A stretch of DNA of 63,602 nucleotides, counting the filler, from Bigelowiella natans CCMP2755 (taxonomy: Eukaryota; Protista; Cercozoa), in NCBI GenBank assembly GCA_000320545.1. It is 6 parts of 6 records of this genome, joined end to end, with 100 filler letters (N's around TTAATTAATTAA, not from the genome) between each part and the next. Parts side by side here need not be neighbours in the genome. Positions count along the whole stretch, not along the records: positions 1 to 31,373 come from ADNK01000788.1; 5 more parts are not named here. The stretch is one strand, 5' to 3'. Under the pieces are notes generated by a model, which saw nothing but the letters and a program-made list of their open reading frames with translations, was not told the origin of the DNA and did not search any database. Position 1 is the first letter of the stretch. Each line of letters begins with the position of its first letter. Below are positions 1-14,368 of the stretch, in pieces. The position numbers were made by a program, and so were the translations under genes.

Positions 1-132
1 CCCCCCCTCCTCTCTCTCTTCTTTCTCTCTCCCGGTACTTTGAAAATTAGTGTATTTTGTCGCGTGTGTGTGTGTGTGTGGATGGGTGGTCTCCGTTTGA
101 TATGTGATAACACTTCCCTGTGCCCTCCATAG

Positions 133-264
133 AAACTGGACGGGGTGTGGGGGGAGACTGACCCTACGAAGAAGGTTCATCTAGCCAAAGATACCATCCG
201 CATCATGGCCCGGCGAGGGCTCATAGCGCAGGATATCGACCACGTTTGGGAAATCCGAATCTGA
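133..264 (+). CDS. Probable terminal exon of an unidentified gene (KLDGVWGETDPTKKVHLAKDTIRIMARRGLIAQDIDHVWEIRI*)
   Basis: Pyrimidine tract plus TAG acceptor ending at 132, followed by an open frame to TGA at 262-264. No family recognised. Confidence 0.35.
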   Translation, partial: KLDGVWGETDPTKKVHLAKDTIRIMARRGLIAQDIDHVWEIRI

Positions 265-942
265 GCCAGAAAGATGCAATTCGCCATTAATGTAGATGTA
301 GTAGCAGTAGGAGGAGGAGGAGTTGGAGCATGAGGAGTTTTTTGAGTCCACCGAATCGGAGAGAGAGCCGCGGTACTTGAAATACCGGGGTGATGGTGTG
401 ATGCGCTGTGCGCTGTTGTGCTGCCACACAACGCCGCAGCTCTTCGAAATTCGGGTGTACAATAACCCCGCCTATGTGAGGGCATTCAACTTAGCGCTTT
501 GACACGAATTTCAATTTTCTGAGATCACGTGCATGTGTGCTAATACTATACGCTACGCTTTGCTATGAGACTCACACACAATTACACGTGCGTTTCTTGC
601 CGCGGCATGGAAAGCTGTTATCGACAAACATGCAGTTAGCACATAGTTATCATTCATCATGCATGCGCCCGTGATGCATGCAGCATGGCAATCATCGACG
701 AGCGGCCGCATGCTAGCATGGATGGCGGGCACAGGAATGCAAATGAGCGGCACGGCGGGCGTTGCTACATGCAATAATAATGACCACCACGCAGTTAATG
801 ATGCTGCACAATAAACACTGCGTGTGATCGAATTGTGTGCGGCATCGCATGCATGCGATATGCACGCGGGGTATCCATGTTGTGATCGAGACGCCCATCG
901 ATCAGTTCTCATATTGCTACATCATTACAAAGTGCTCGTCGC

Positions 943-992
<50 letters not shown>

Positions 993-1284
993 CTAGACAT
1001 GTCTAGATATATATAGGCGTACGTGGTACGCCAGCATGCAATATGCTTTATTATAGCTTCCAACAATTGACAATATAAGTTCAGCACTAGCTAGAGCACA
1101 GCTAGACAGGTCAATCGCCATAAATGAAATAAAAACATCTTGTGTGGCGAAGAGGCGAGCTAGCGAGTCGTGTGAAACCATGCCCGGCTTGGAGCACACA
1201 TCAGCAACCAAGCTATCTAGCTATCGCTAGTAGGCGCGCATGTGTTGCCACGAGCAAACTAGGTAGGATGCGCCGGGCCATCAA

Positions 1285-2255
1285 CTATTCGGATATCATC
1301 TTGAAATGTAAGTTTCTTGCATACGCTACTACGAAGGGCACAATGAAGGCGGACAGCATCCCCAGCGTGCATCCCCACGAGGATTCTCCGCATACGACCA
1401 GAAACCATGCTGGGACTGAGAATATTTTGCATGATACAAGCAGCATCAATTTCACGATTTGCAGTTATTGCAGGCAGCACCAGAAGCAGCAGGCCTTTAA
1501 GACTGAGAGTGAATGCAAACTCCTTCTTGTGTGCGCGCGCGTGTATGTGTGCGACATCATTACGCCACCAAAGATGGCATAACTCCCCCTCCACGTTGTG
1601 TTGTAGTGTAGTGTAGCGATACGCACAAATAACAATGTATTCGATTGGCCAGTACCGTAAGCGGTGCCTTTGGCTCGAAAATAGCCACCAATGCCTCCGC
1701 TGAGGCCTCCAGCGAGATAACTAGCGTTCAGCACCCAAGCATCTCTCTCCATATACCTACGGTATGGAAGTCACGCTCTAACTAATCAAATACATATTGA
1801 TTCTGTATGTGTATAAAATATACATATCGTGTACTCGTGATAGTAGCCAGCCCCCCCCCCCCCCCCCTTCCCCCCCCCTCCGCTCCCCTTTCTTTCCCTT
1901 CCTTCTCAGCACGCCGTGTGCGTCATTGCGATCAGATGCATTACGGATACGCAGCCTCGACGTAATCGCCCCACCTAATAAAAACGACCGGTTAGACCTG
2001 CCAATGCTCTGCCGATTGGTGGTGGTGGGGGTGGTGATGGTAATGGAGTCGCAATGATCCCATCCAAACACAAATATCACATGAGAGCTATTACTTCAGA
2101 TTCACGAGCATCCCGCGCCTGGCGGCCTTGTTCTCTCCTTCCACGCTATAAAACACATCCAAATGATAGGTTATTATTTTTCTCAGTCTTTGGAGAGAGG
2201 AACATCAACCAAACGTATACGCGCACATCCACACACCCAAACTCTCTCTATCTCT

Positions 2256-2328
<73 letters not shown>

Positions 2329-2485
2329 CGGAAATAGAGCAATTCCGCTTGTGTGTGCGCGCGCGCGTATGTATGCTCCGATTGTATATACGGAGATGGG
2401 CGGTGATTGTCTTGAGCTAGAATCAAGTACCGAGGGCAAAGAACGCTTGCAGAACACACCCCAGCGGACACAAGAGCCTACAAAT

Positions 2486-2517
<32 letters not shown>

Positions 2518-4075
2518 TATCATCATCATCATTATCATCATCATGTGGCCAAACATACTACCGATTACGACAAACGCAACCACTATCGCTGCTGCTGCCG
2601 TACCCCCCTTCCCCCCCCCCCCCTCCCCCTTCACATAACCAATGAAGTCATGTCCAGCAAGCCAAGAAATGACCAGGATCCGCGCTGATGACCATATTTG
2701 AGCGGGGGATAATTGATCATATCAGCAGCAATGCGGTGACATATGCATGGTTTTTAATGGACTATGTTCGTGTCTCCATTTGCTTCTCTGTTGTTTCAAA
2801 AGCAGTAGCGCGAGGAGCCTGCTTGATAGCAGCAGCACGCAGCTGCTGCAACTGTCGTGGGTGGTATTGATTGTAGTGTGTGCGTGCGCGCGCGCGTGTG
2901 TGTGTGTGTTAGTTGAGCTGTATCATCGTGAGAGGCCACGACGACGCCATCTGATATGCGACACTTCCTCACCTCCATCTCGAGCAGAATCAACGGGAGC
3001 AATATGGTATGGTAGTACCTTAGGTAGGGGTGGTGCTATCACTCATCAATCGTATATCCACTTCCCAAACACTCTTACAGCGCTCATCAAAAGGTATTCC
3101 CCCCCGCTGCCGTCGCCCAACGGCACTCCTCCTCCTCCGCCTTCTTCTTCTTCTTCTTCTATTTCCACCATGCTAGCATGCCTACAAATCATATAGACCT
3201 ACCCTCTCATTGAAGCCCACACCATTGTCACACCCAGAACAGCTCCCAGGCCGGTTCTGCGCCGTCGTAATAGTAGCAGGCATCGTCGTCACAAACGAAA
3301 TAAATTCGTGAACAAATAAATGTCCAACTCAAAGACTAGCGATTGATTCTAACAAGAGAATGATAGAGATGGCGCTATGCAATAGTAGTAATAATAGTAG
3401 TAGGAGTAGTAATAATGATATTAATGATAATGACCCCCCCCACTCACCGAATCCAGTAGATTTCGCTCAGAAGCAGCAGATCCAAGGAGCCGACGTACGC
3501 CTCTGCTACTGGGCAGATCACGAGCTGTATTGTGCTAGTGAAGACACCAACGAACACGCCGCCCCCCCCCGATGAGAGTATCGTCCCGGCGGTTGCTGGA
3601 TAGCCCCGCATTGCGGTGCAGTAGAGCAGTTGGGAGCATATCCATGAAACCTACTCGCATCAACACGCGGCGTTGTGCCGAGACCGCGGAAAAAAGAACG
3701 TCACCGCATCTGTTTGTTGTAGTCGTCATCGTCTTCGTCGTTCTCTTCATCCTCATCCCCATCATCATCATCAATCATCCTCATCATCAATCATCATCAT
3801 CATCCTCATCATCATCATCATCATTATCGATAAGTCGCACCATAAGGCCTCCAATTACGCCGCAGATCGATTTGCCTGCATTCGAGAGCACAGCACAACG
3901 AAGCAAGAAATGAGAGACCCAGATCCCCAAACGCTATCCAGGTGGCAGAAAGACATCGGCGTGTACGCTGCGCTATCGCCTTCGTTCGGGGATACAAGCC
4001 CAGATATGCAGAGAGAGAGGGAGGGAGAGAGATGTGGGTATTACTTTAATATATATAATAAATAAATAAATCAGC

Positions 4076-4110
<35 letters not shown>

Positions 4111-4318
4111 TCGCATGCAATCGGTGTACAATGATTTCTTTGTTGGTGCCACCACCTATCTGTGGAGGCGATGTTGTGAGAAAGCTCCTTTTATTGAACA
4201 GAGGAGTTGGGGGGGGGGGGGGGTAAATTAAAAAAACAACAAATAAAAAAGGGGGGGGGGGGGGGGGAGGGGGGGAAAAACACCCCCGGGTTTCCAAAAA
4301 TGGGGGTATTAACAAAAA

Positions 4319-4355
<37 letters not shown>

Positions 4356-4783
4356 GTCTCTCTCACAAAAAAACACACCCTATCCTGCTATGAGAGAGGC
4401 CATGAGCTCCACTTCCCCAAAGCTGTGCCCGCGTGGGACGCTCTGATGACCCAGCAGCGACGAGGAGAGAAGAAAGCAAGTGTGAGCAGAGGAGGCGGGT
4501 GCCATCTCTATTTCCCTGCCTCGCTGGCTGCTGTGATTCTTATATCTTAATTACTATTTGTGGTCGTCGCGGTTGCTGTTGTTGATGATGTTAATGAGGA
4601 GGGGGAGGTAGGTGAGGGGGAGGAAAGAGGATGAAGGTGTAGAAGAGAACCTGTTTCGCAGACATGCCAAGGACTACTGCGGGAAGTCTACAACAATAAC
4701 AACAACAACAAGAATTATGCTATAAGCGAGATGAATTGCGTACGTGTAAATCATGCTAAGAGGGGAGGGGCGGGAGAGAAAGA

Positions 4784-4814
<31 letters not shown>

Positions 4815-6312
4815 GAATACGACTCTGATAGCTGCAATACGACATATATTAAAACGACACATTTTAAAGAACATTTATATATTCACTTACTCAATTTATT
4901 TATGTGTGTGTGCGTGTGTTTGCGTCTTCCTAGAGGAAACACGCACAAGAAATACCCCGCCAAAGCTGCATCAGCCATCCTCACCACATTCTCTCTTGCC
5001 ACGAGCAGTATCATCAGGATCGCTCTCGACGATCCCCCCCCCCCCACTCCCAAAGACTCAAAAGACAATTCTGTAAAAACGGGAGAAAGGCGGAGGAGGG
5101 AGGAGGAGGAGGCGGAGGAGGAGGGCTACTGAGATGTATTAGTATTAGTATTAGTAGTAGTTGTAGTAGATCTGCACCGAATAGGAGGTATTTACATATT
5201 CATGTACGGCAGACTGATGTGTGCCATCCCTGACCGAAAATGGCTCTCATCTGAATCATAGCTTATTATTACTCCTATTCCTCCTCCTCCTCCTCCTCCT
5301 CCTCCTCCTATTACTACTACTACTACTAACAACAACATCATCAACAACTAACAGCGCGCCGCACCACGACTGACGCCATTAAACTGTTCTTCGATCCATG
5401 ACAATTTTCTGCACATAAAGAAGTAACATAATGAACCATCATTTTGTAATTGTACTGATTTATTGTCCCCCCCCCCTCCCCCCCCCCTTTCCTAGTGGCC
5501 ATTATCCAGAGGCTCACCGAGCTAGTGAGACGAGGGCACTCGTAGCAAGAAAAGCTGGCAAACACCTGTTGGCGATTTAGTAGCAAAAGAGTCTCAGTTT
5601 CAGTCTCACTGCTCTCCATTACCACCGCCACCACCACTACTACTTCTACTGCTGCTCCTTTCTGATCTCCCACTAGCTTCACCGAAACGTGCTGCAGGCG
5701 TGCGCCAGGGCCATACCCATCAAGGAGAGAATGCAGTTTGAACGAAGAGGAGGGCGACGACGATGGGGAGGGGGGTGAGGAGTGGGTCATATTCCTACCA
5801 CCAGCCCATTTAAACCTATTAGCATTAACACCGAGAAGCAGAGAGAGAGAGAGAGGTGGGAAAGAGCAGCAAGGCTGCGGTTTGGCTCTGCCGACACTCT
5901 TTTAATAGGCTAGAAGGCTGGGAGAAGGTCAGGGAGCCGTAGGAGTCGTGAAGTACGAGGAAGGACGGGTGATAATGAAAGCTATGCCGCCCACTACTAT
6001 TTGTCGGTGTAGTGATATATAGGTAGAGTCATGACAACTGAGTATCTGCTCGTTTCATAGATTCCTCCTCCTCCTCTCCCCTCCCTTCTGCTAACGATGA
6101 CAACTCAAGCTGCGGTTACTACTACCACTACTACTATTACTGCTACTACTCACTACTCACTACTCCTCGGACCAGGTCATCATGCCGCCGATTAGAGAGC
6201 CTCCCGGCAGCTGTATTCGCAGCCCCCATATCCTTGCAAAGCCAACAGCATAACTGCAGCAGTAGCAGCAGCACACGCATACGATAGACACGTCAGGCCA
6301 ATTCGTTTGCGC

Positions 6313-6346
<34 letters not shown>

Positions 6347-7781
6347 GATTTGCGGGGGGGGGGGAGGAGCGCTGAAGCAAGGACCTGATAGCTTTGGATC
6401 TTGCCGTCGTAGCGACGGAACCGCCGAAGCTCTCGCCGAACACCACGCCCTTTTCCATGGCCTGGATGATTTCGCAGTTGTTGGCACGGGCATTGCGGCC
6501 AGGGGGGGGGGGGACAAAGGGAGAGATACGCGTGACGGTCAATCGGTGTCTCAAACGAAAATGATAATGGGAATGATAATGATGGTGGGGGGGAGGGGAG
6601 GGGGGAGGCGACAGCGACCAATGCTGGTGATTACGATGATGACGATGGTGATTACGATGATGATCATGGATGATATTTATCACAACATCCTCCTCTTCCG
6701 GCACTACTACCACCCACTACTGCTGCTATTCCACGCATGCCAATTGCTGGTCTATCTCTCAAGCTCAATGTAGCAGGCAACACCTTCCCAACACTACTTC
6801 CCCCTGTCCCCACGGCAGGGATCTTCAGCAATGCTGCCGCCTGAATACTACTCTGGTTGACGTCTTCTCCCATCGCCATCACAAGAGCCAGAATAACCGC
6901 CAGTCCAAACAGAACATGTGTGTATGTGTGTGTGTGTGTTTGGGGTGGGGGGGGGTGGGGGGGGATTCGCGTAGAAGCGATAATGAGTAAGTAGCACCAT
7001 GACGCAGCACGGTGTGGATGGTAGGGCAAGGAGACAACTCTCTTTTTACTCAGAAGTAATATATTTCTTCTCTCTTCCTCTTCTTCTTCGTTCATCCCTC
7101 CCCCCTCCCCCCCTCCCCCTTCTTCTTCTTCGTTCGCTGTACTGCTGCTGTTGCGCTCCTTTCACCCACCGTCTGGGTCGCTGGACACTAGGATCACTCC
7201 AGATATCTTCCGCTGAGACAACATCATATTCTCACATCGTTTCGGACTTCCTCGAGTGCGCGGCAGGGCACACGGTGAGCTTACTTTGGCGTTAGAAAAC
7301 GACAGAAAAACATGACGACAGGATATCTAGCTGATAGAGAATCTTCTTCCGAGCGCCTCCTCTCCTCCTTTATTTTCTTACTCCGTGCAAATACCTCTCG
7401 GATAGCTGCAGCAATTTTGCGATCTTCCGACCTCGCCATCACATTGACCTCCTGGTGTAAACACCATGAGTATTGATTCATAAAGCCAGAATTGGTGCTG
7501 CTTCTTCTTCTTGTTCTTCTTCTTCTTGTTGTTGTTTTTGTTGTTGCACCAACGCAGTGAGCGGGGGCGTGAGAGCCCCCATAGAAACCAACGCACCTTG
7601 AGGCTGCCTGCGAAGAGAGGAATGGGCCTACCTCCCTTTAGCGTCCATAGAATTGCCGGGGTAGCGTCTCTGTTGTCTGGTTAAGGAATGTGAGTCCGAT
7701 CGTCATCATTAATCTAGTATTACTATCATTATCATTGTTATTATTATTTTAATTATAAGTAGTAGTAGTAGTAGTAGTAGC

Positions 7782-7819
<38 letters not shown>

Positions 7820-7937
7820 GAAGTGTTGGTATATTGGTAGAACCTCTAGCCATGTCCAGTCCCCCCTCGCAGGACACAACGCATACCTCGGCAAGCTACG
7901 ACATTAGTGGTGAAAACAACGAGCCAACTTCGGTTTT

Positions 7938-8004
<67 letters not shown>

Positions 8005-8319
8005 GATGCAAAGTTGGAATCCGTCCGCACAAGGCCTGCTTGACAGTATTTGCCCGGAGAAACGTCACTGCAAGTGCTCGTATGACGAAATGACGGCAAC
8101 TTACCGATAGTCCGCTGACCCCTTCCAAAGTGGAAGCCACCTGGCGAACAAAGGCCTCTGTACTCCGCCCCAAGGTCGCAACGCCTCCCCCCGAGCTTCA
8201 GGTTATGTTCGGCAATGCAAAACACGATGAGGGACGTGGCAAATATGAGGAGCTCATGTCGAGTTTGGAGTGTAATCTTACCTTCCAACCAAGGCAATGC
8301 GCCGCTTGGTAGGCGTCAT
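1285..8319 (-). CDS. Multi-exon homolog of bacterial PTS sugar transporter (N-terminal Rossmann-like domain plus EIIC-like membrane domain)
   Basis: Exons join with GT-AG and consistent phase: MTPTKRRIALVGS|SGGGVATLG...|EVNVMARSEDRKIAAAIRE|RKISGVILVSSDPD|DVNQSSIQAAALLKIPAVGTGGSSVGK|AMEKGVVFGESFGGSVATTARSKAIS|YAVGFARIWG. Late exons read YMERDAWVLNASYLAGGLSGGIGGYFRAKGTAY and GMLSAFIVPFVVAYARNLHFKMISE*. The motif order matches my recollection of bacterial PTS sugar transporter proteins (GSSGG, GLILxSxDP, IPxVGTGGTS, RGTAY). Middle exons are not fully resolved. Confidence 0.65.
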
Positions 8320-8873
8320 GGCGTTTGTGGACGCGACTTAATTTTTAGTAACCACTTCTGCTGTGGTCTCTACCCCCTCCCAGGGTCCAGCAACAGGCAA
8401 ATGATTCGCACAGAGGCCTCCTCCGTGCCCGTTCGGAAGCAAGGACTCGCAGGAATTTCAAACAAATTAAGATTCACCTTGGTATTTAAATAAGCGATCA
8501 TCCCGAAACATAAAGTATTTTTATTCTACGACAACCTGAGAAACCCTTGACGACCAAAAATCGATCAGATTTTCTGTCGGCCGTCACGCTCCGTCCATTT
8601 CCGCACAGAATTCCGGGAAGCTTTGTATTTTTTGAGGAAAAAGCCCTGATACAGAGTCCCATGATGTTATGCGGTTGCGACAATCTTTTGACGGTATTTT
8701 CCCCCGAAATGAACGCCGTTCTTTCTCTGCCGCTTCTTCGTTCGACTCTGCTGATTCATCACCGACTCCATTGGACAATTCAAAAAGTACACGCGCTACA
8801 CTAGCAAGCTCGTCATCGTTTGTATATCTCCCAAATAATCGTTGGAGGGACTCTGCGAGAAAGGGAGAACAAG

Positions 8874-9797
8874 ATGGACGTCGGCTTTCTGCAACTACGA
8901 ATGCTCGTGTTGGCGTGTTGTTACTTTGGAGCTTCGTTCGCCTCCTCGCCATGGAGTCCTGAGACGTTCCCAAATCCAGTGATCGATCCTGTGCGGTGCG
9001 GATTGCAAGCTGCTAGCCGTGTATGTGATCCGGACGAAGTACTTTCTCTGAAGACCCGAAATGAGGTAGGGGGGGGAGAGCGGGGGAGCATTTCTCATCA
9101 GCATACCAAAGATTCACCCTCATTATATACTCACGTCACAATGATGCTTTATAATTCTTCATTTACAAATTCATTGCATCTTCATGAGTTACAAGTTCAT
9201 TACGTGCCTCAGCTGAGCGACCTCCTGGGCCTAATTGAGGAGGACACGGAAGAGGAGAACCAAGTGGCAGTCGCAATTGTTGCGAAGATGTCCGAGAGAA
9301 TGGAGGGCTGGGACAAGGTAATGAGGGAAGAAAGGAAGAAAGGGGGGAAGAACATGATTATGATGATGATGAATGCCGATGCATGCCATGTCCATACACG
9401 GAAATAACACCGAATTTGTTGTGCTGTTTTATTTCAGATGGAAAAGGCCAAAACGTTCGCGAGCACACTTGGAGATTCCTGGGGGGTTGGGATTCGTGGA
9501 GTCGATAACGGTGTTGTTCTATTTGTCAGTAAATTAGACCGCGTCGCGTACATCAAAACTGCCCGAGGAGCACAAGAAGCGCTTCCCGACAATGTCGTCA
9601 ATCGCATCATCAGCCGCATGACTGTGCAGTTCAAGAAGGATCAGGTGCGTACGAATCATAATCATCATCACCCTCATCATCATAAATATCCTCATAATCA
9701 TCATCGCCATCGCCATTGTCATCATCATCGTCCCCGCTACCCCAACACAGCAAGAACGAAAATCTAGTTACAGAAATAACAACGGCAACAATCAGGA

Positions 9798-9828
<31 letters not shown>

Positions 9829-11544
9829 AGCGATAATGGGGATGATGGAAGGACGATGCAAGATATGTTAGCGGTTATTTTGTCACCTGCTGCATACATG
9901 CAGCGAGAGCATACAGCAGACAAACTCTTAAATTTGGCCATGCGCTTTTACAGGGGAATCTAGACGCGGGAGTCCTGGGCGGCGTCGCCTTGATCTACGA
10001 TGCGTTGAAGAATCCCGCCGCATGGAAGAGGAGTTGGCTTGGCTCTGTATGGGACTTCCTCGGAGAAGCGGGGCCGATTTTGCTCTTCGTAGTCATGATG
10101 ATCTCCTTCTCTTTCTGGCCGTATGTGGCGTTGCTCTGCACCCTGCTCTGTTACGCCGTCGCCTTCCCCGTTGCCTGGGCGCGCGATAAGTGGGTCGAGT
10201 ACCGTCACCCGAGCAACAGGGGGGGGGGAGCAGCTGAAGCTAGGCCAGCTGAAGATGCCAACGCGTCGTCGTCGTCGTCGTCGTCGCCATCATCATCATC
10301 GCCTTCGCCGGAGGGCAAGGAGGCCGAGAGCGGGAGGGAAATGACAGAAGAGGAGCGGAAGAGCGCTGAAGAGACTCTCTCCCGAATCCGCAAAGAAATG
10401 GAGAGGAAGGACGACGAGGAGCCGACTATGTGCTGTATTTGCCTGGAGGAAATCAAAGGGTCATCATCGCACCGGGAAGAAAAGAAAGGTGCTAGGAGGA
10501 GGCGGGAGGCACTTCCTCTCCCATGATTCTAATCTCACCGCCATATTCTAGTCGTCAGGCTCCGAGCTTGCTCTGTTTTCTTCCCCCTTTTTAAAAACAT
10601 CTTCGCCCTTCAAAACTACCATCAACAACAAAAGCAGCGCCGCATCCTACCATCATCATCGTTGTCGTCGTCAATTATCATCATTATTGTTCTCGTCATA
10701 ACCACTCGCGCCCTAATCACTCCACCCCCCCCCCCCGCCCCCCCCCTTCCTCTATCCTCAGCGGCGGCGACAACAACGCTACCATGCAGTCATGAATTTC
10801 ACACGGAATGTCTTCGTGAGTGGGTGGATTCTAAGGGCGACTCGGCTCGATGCCCCCTCTGTCGCACAGACATCCCGTACGATTGGGATCGTCCGCGGGA
10901 CGGCGCCGCGGCTGGCCGACGAGCCGACTCCAAGATGACGAATGTGGAGAGGCTGGAGGCCATGCTCCGACGGTGGAAAATTAACCAAAAATAGTGATAA
11001 TAATAATAAGATTAAATGAGGGTGTAATGGCTTGCTGATGGCGATGGATGAATGATGTATCGATTGTGGTCAATCTCGTGCTATCGAATCTAGACGTCAC
11101 GGCATATCGAATGGCACATCTTCTTAATCCTCAACAGAATTTCCATACCCCCCCCCCCCGCTATTCCTTTCTCCAACCAGTTTTCAGGCTCGGTTTCCGC
11201 GTTGGGGGGGCGGTTCGCGGAGGTGGGCGCCGCGACCGCAAGCGCGCCGTCTAATGCGATACGGTAGCGCCCGGAATAAATGGTACATTCACGACAGCGA
11301 CTGGCTGTTTTTCCTGAGTCGTCGCTACGACAACAACTCCGTGGTGCAGCCTGGGTCAAGGTACGCCAGCTGGACGAGCCAGCTGCCAGACCTGGGCGCG
11401 GCGCTCACCCGAGCAAACCGGCGCATGGCTGAGATGAAGCGCAATGCTGCGAAGAACTCCAGGGGTGGCAGCAGCCGTTCGGGGAGCAGCTTTGGGGGTG
11501 GGGGTGGCTTTTCCAGCGGAGGCGGAGGCGGTGGATCCTGGTAA
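8874..11544 (+). CDS. TPM-domain (TLP18.3/Psb32/MOLO-1-like) membrane protein with cytosolic RING-H2 finger and Gly/Ser-rich tail
   Basis: Signal peptide. TPM motifs: FPNPVIDPVRCG...VCDPDEVLS, QVAVAIVAKM, WGVG...NGVVLFVSKLDR. TM segments near 10070-10180. RING split over two exons: CCICLEEI and LPCSHEFHTECLREW...CPLCR. Ends SFGGGGGFSSGGGGGGSW*. Confidence 0.85.
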
Positions 11545-12322
11545 GACTCGCAGTAATAGTCGGAGAAAGGCTCTGATGATGACCCGGATCCAGTAGCACA
11601 TTTAGGGTTGTAGCGTTGGCGCTATTGCTGGCAAATAGCAGTAATCGGCATGTGCGTGTTAGCCGTGCATGCAGGATGTAGTATCTAGCGTGCCTAGCCA
11701 GGCCATATTGAACTATGCTAAGGCTGGATGAGGGAGAGAAGGAGTAGAGACAGCTGCTGCTTGTGTATTGATATCGTAGGAACGAGAGCTATACACGTCG
11801 CCGCCGCAAAATAAAAAATGTGTGTTTTTGACATCCGTACGTGGCACTGCATTTATATGTGTATTATGTGTATCTTCTGAATAAAAATGCATGCAGATAA
11901 CAAGCAATTAAGCTTGAGATGAAATTTTTGTCGCTTTGTATTGATCATGCCAAATAAATATTGAACGCCATCAATGATCTCGCTGCTATAGCTATGCGTA
12001 TAATCATAGTGTGATAGCCTTCTTGCGCTACATGCGATGCACAGAAGTCGTGCGTGTAGCTAGCTGCCACGCTAGCACGTGATCGCATGTAGACATTTAT
12101 TATGTCATAAAGCGTTCATTGCACGCACACACATGCATGGAAATGTAAATTGCTGTATGTAGAGACCCCTTGTCCAACTTGGTGTGTCTCTGAGCGTGTG
12201 TAACAAAACATGCTACCATGCATCATCCATTATGTGGATTGTGACGAGCCTTCACCGAGACTTGCATCTAGGTTAGAAGCTAGGAAAGGGGTGGGGGGGG
12301 GGTGGGGTTGGAGGGCTGTCCT

Positions 12323-12336
12323 CTATCTCTTGTCGG

Positions 12337-12369
<33 letters not shown>

Positions 12370-12642
12370 TTTCGTCGTCGTCGTCATCGTCGTTATTATC
12401 ACTATCATCTGAAAAATCGCGCTTTCGTTTTTTTCTCTGGTTTCTTTCCTCATCATCCTTGTTATCATCGTCGCTGCCATCCTCCTCGTCGTCCCCGCGA
12501 CGCCGGCGGCGTCTCCTCCTCCTGCTGCTGCCACTCCTCCTATGGTCACGATCGCGGCTTCTGTCCCTCTCCCTGCTGCTACTATCCCTACAAAGACGGA
12601 AAAACCGTGGCGATGCCAACATCCGAGAAATTAGAGCGATCA

Positions 12643-12686
<44 letters not shown>

Positions 12687-14320
12687 CATACGACAACAGA
12701 TCACCGATTCGCGACTCCCCATTCCAAAATCCCACACAACACGCTCGCTCGCTCCCAAAAAGTAAAAGTCAATGAGTTCTTCGTCACTGGCGTGTGCTCT
12801 ATATGCGTGGATGAAGTGTTGCCGACACACCTGCTTCCTCCCCTCCTCCGTCGCCGTTCTCTGCTGCCTCCTCTTCTTCCGCTCCCACCTCGATCCCATC
12901 GTGAGCGGGCGGGAGAGCTCTTTGACAGCCGCACGATGTACTCTCTTGACGACGCCCCAAGCTTGAAGCTGTCGCCATCTCTGAGCCTAGTCGCTTCGTT
13001 CGGCTCGAGCCTCTCGTTGTCAAGGAATGTGCCGTGCTTGGAGTCCAGGTCCATCAGCTTTACGCGCCCGCGGCGGTCATGAAGGATCACCTATGCGTTA
13101 TGTGTTGATGTTCGTACGAATAATGAGTGGCACTCATGATGATGGAGAGATCGTATCTTCATATTTGGCTCTCTCGCCCCTCCCCCCCCCCCGCCATCAC
13201 CCCCTCCCGCCATGATTCATGCTGTGTTCTGGTTTACCGCATGCTGCCTCGAGATGCTCGGGTGCCGACAGTACACGCCCTGCGACGCGTTCTTTTCTCT
13301 CCCAAAGAGCATGCAAAACTTCCTCCCAATCGGCATTTTCTTCACCATTTTGCCGTCCTTTTGGACCTCGAGCTCAGCGTCCTTGTCGCGTGGCTCGGCC
13401 GCCCAGTCTGGGGGCACATAACCGGCCAGTCCGGGTATCTTCTTTCTCCTGCCCTCTCCGCCCCCCTCCCCGTCTTCTTCGTCTCCACCCCGCCTCCGTC
13501 CTCGATCCCTATCCTGCTAAGGGGCGAAATTCGTTACAACAAATACCCGAGGGAAAATAGCGACGTCGGGGCTGCGAGATGAGACGAGCGCCCCCCCCAT
13601 TCCCGCTTCATACTCTATTTTTGGTGGCTCATTACCTTTTGGGATGGCCTTGGACGACGCCTACGGGGGGGTGGAGGGGGGGGGTCGCGATCCTCTGTCG
13701 GCTGTAAGTTTGGGTTTAATCCGATCATACTCAAGGATGTCTTTCCGGTAGGTTCCACCTGATGTTTAAACGACGAGAAGATCAAAACCACATGCATGAT
13801 CGGTCTCTGCAGGAACGTCCCCCCCCACACACACAAAGGCATGCAGCTAACCAACTCGTCGATCGTTCCTACGAAGCTTCTGCCCGGGAAGGAAGGAAGG
13901 AAGGGGGGGGGGGGAAGCAGAAATGGAAAGGGGGCATGCTAGCAGCTCTGTCTGCAGGCGGTCGTCACCTTCTCAACTTTCACGGTCACCCTATCGCCAG
14001 GATATACCATCTGTAGCGAGGAGATGAAGGGAGGGAGAGAGAAAGAGAGAATAAATTCGGAGCACAAGATACAAAAAGCACTTCAGTAAAGGGTTCGAAA
14101 TAAGACAGTATGCATCCTGGCCTGTATGCTTGTTTTGCCGGCGCAACACACATTCTAACATTTCCTCCTCCAATAGGTCAGTAACCACCTTATTTGGATC
14201 GTCGAGATGATCGACCGTCATTTTGCTCACGTGCACCATGCCATCTTGCGAAAAACTGAATAATTATATTCGGTATGCATTGTCACGCTCTCATACAGAC
14301 ACGCACACACACAGACAGAC

Positions 14321-14368
<48 letters not shown>

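Noticed and set aside
4195-4330. Odd homopolymer-rich segment
   Set aside because: Looks like low-quality base calls after poly-G (similar near 31100-31200) and probably corrupts an exon.
1778-7900. Many ORF-track proteins with poly-I/M/H, THTH, ERER or YIYI runs
   Set aside because: These are translations of intronic microsatellites, here and throughout the window.
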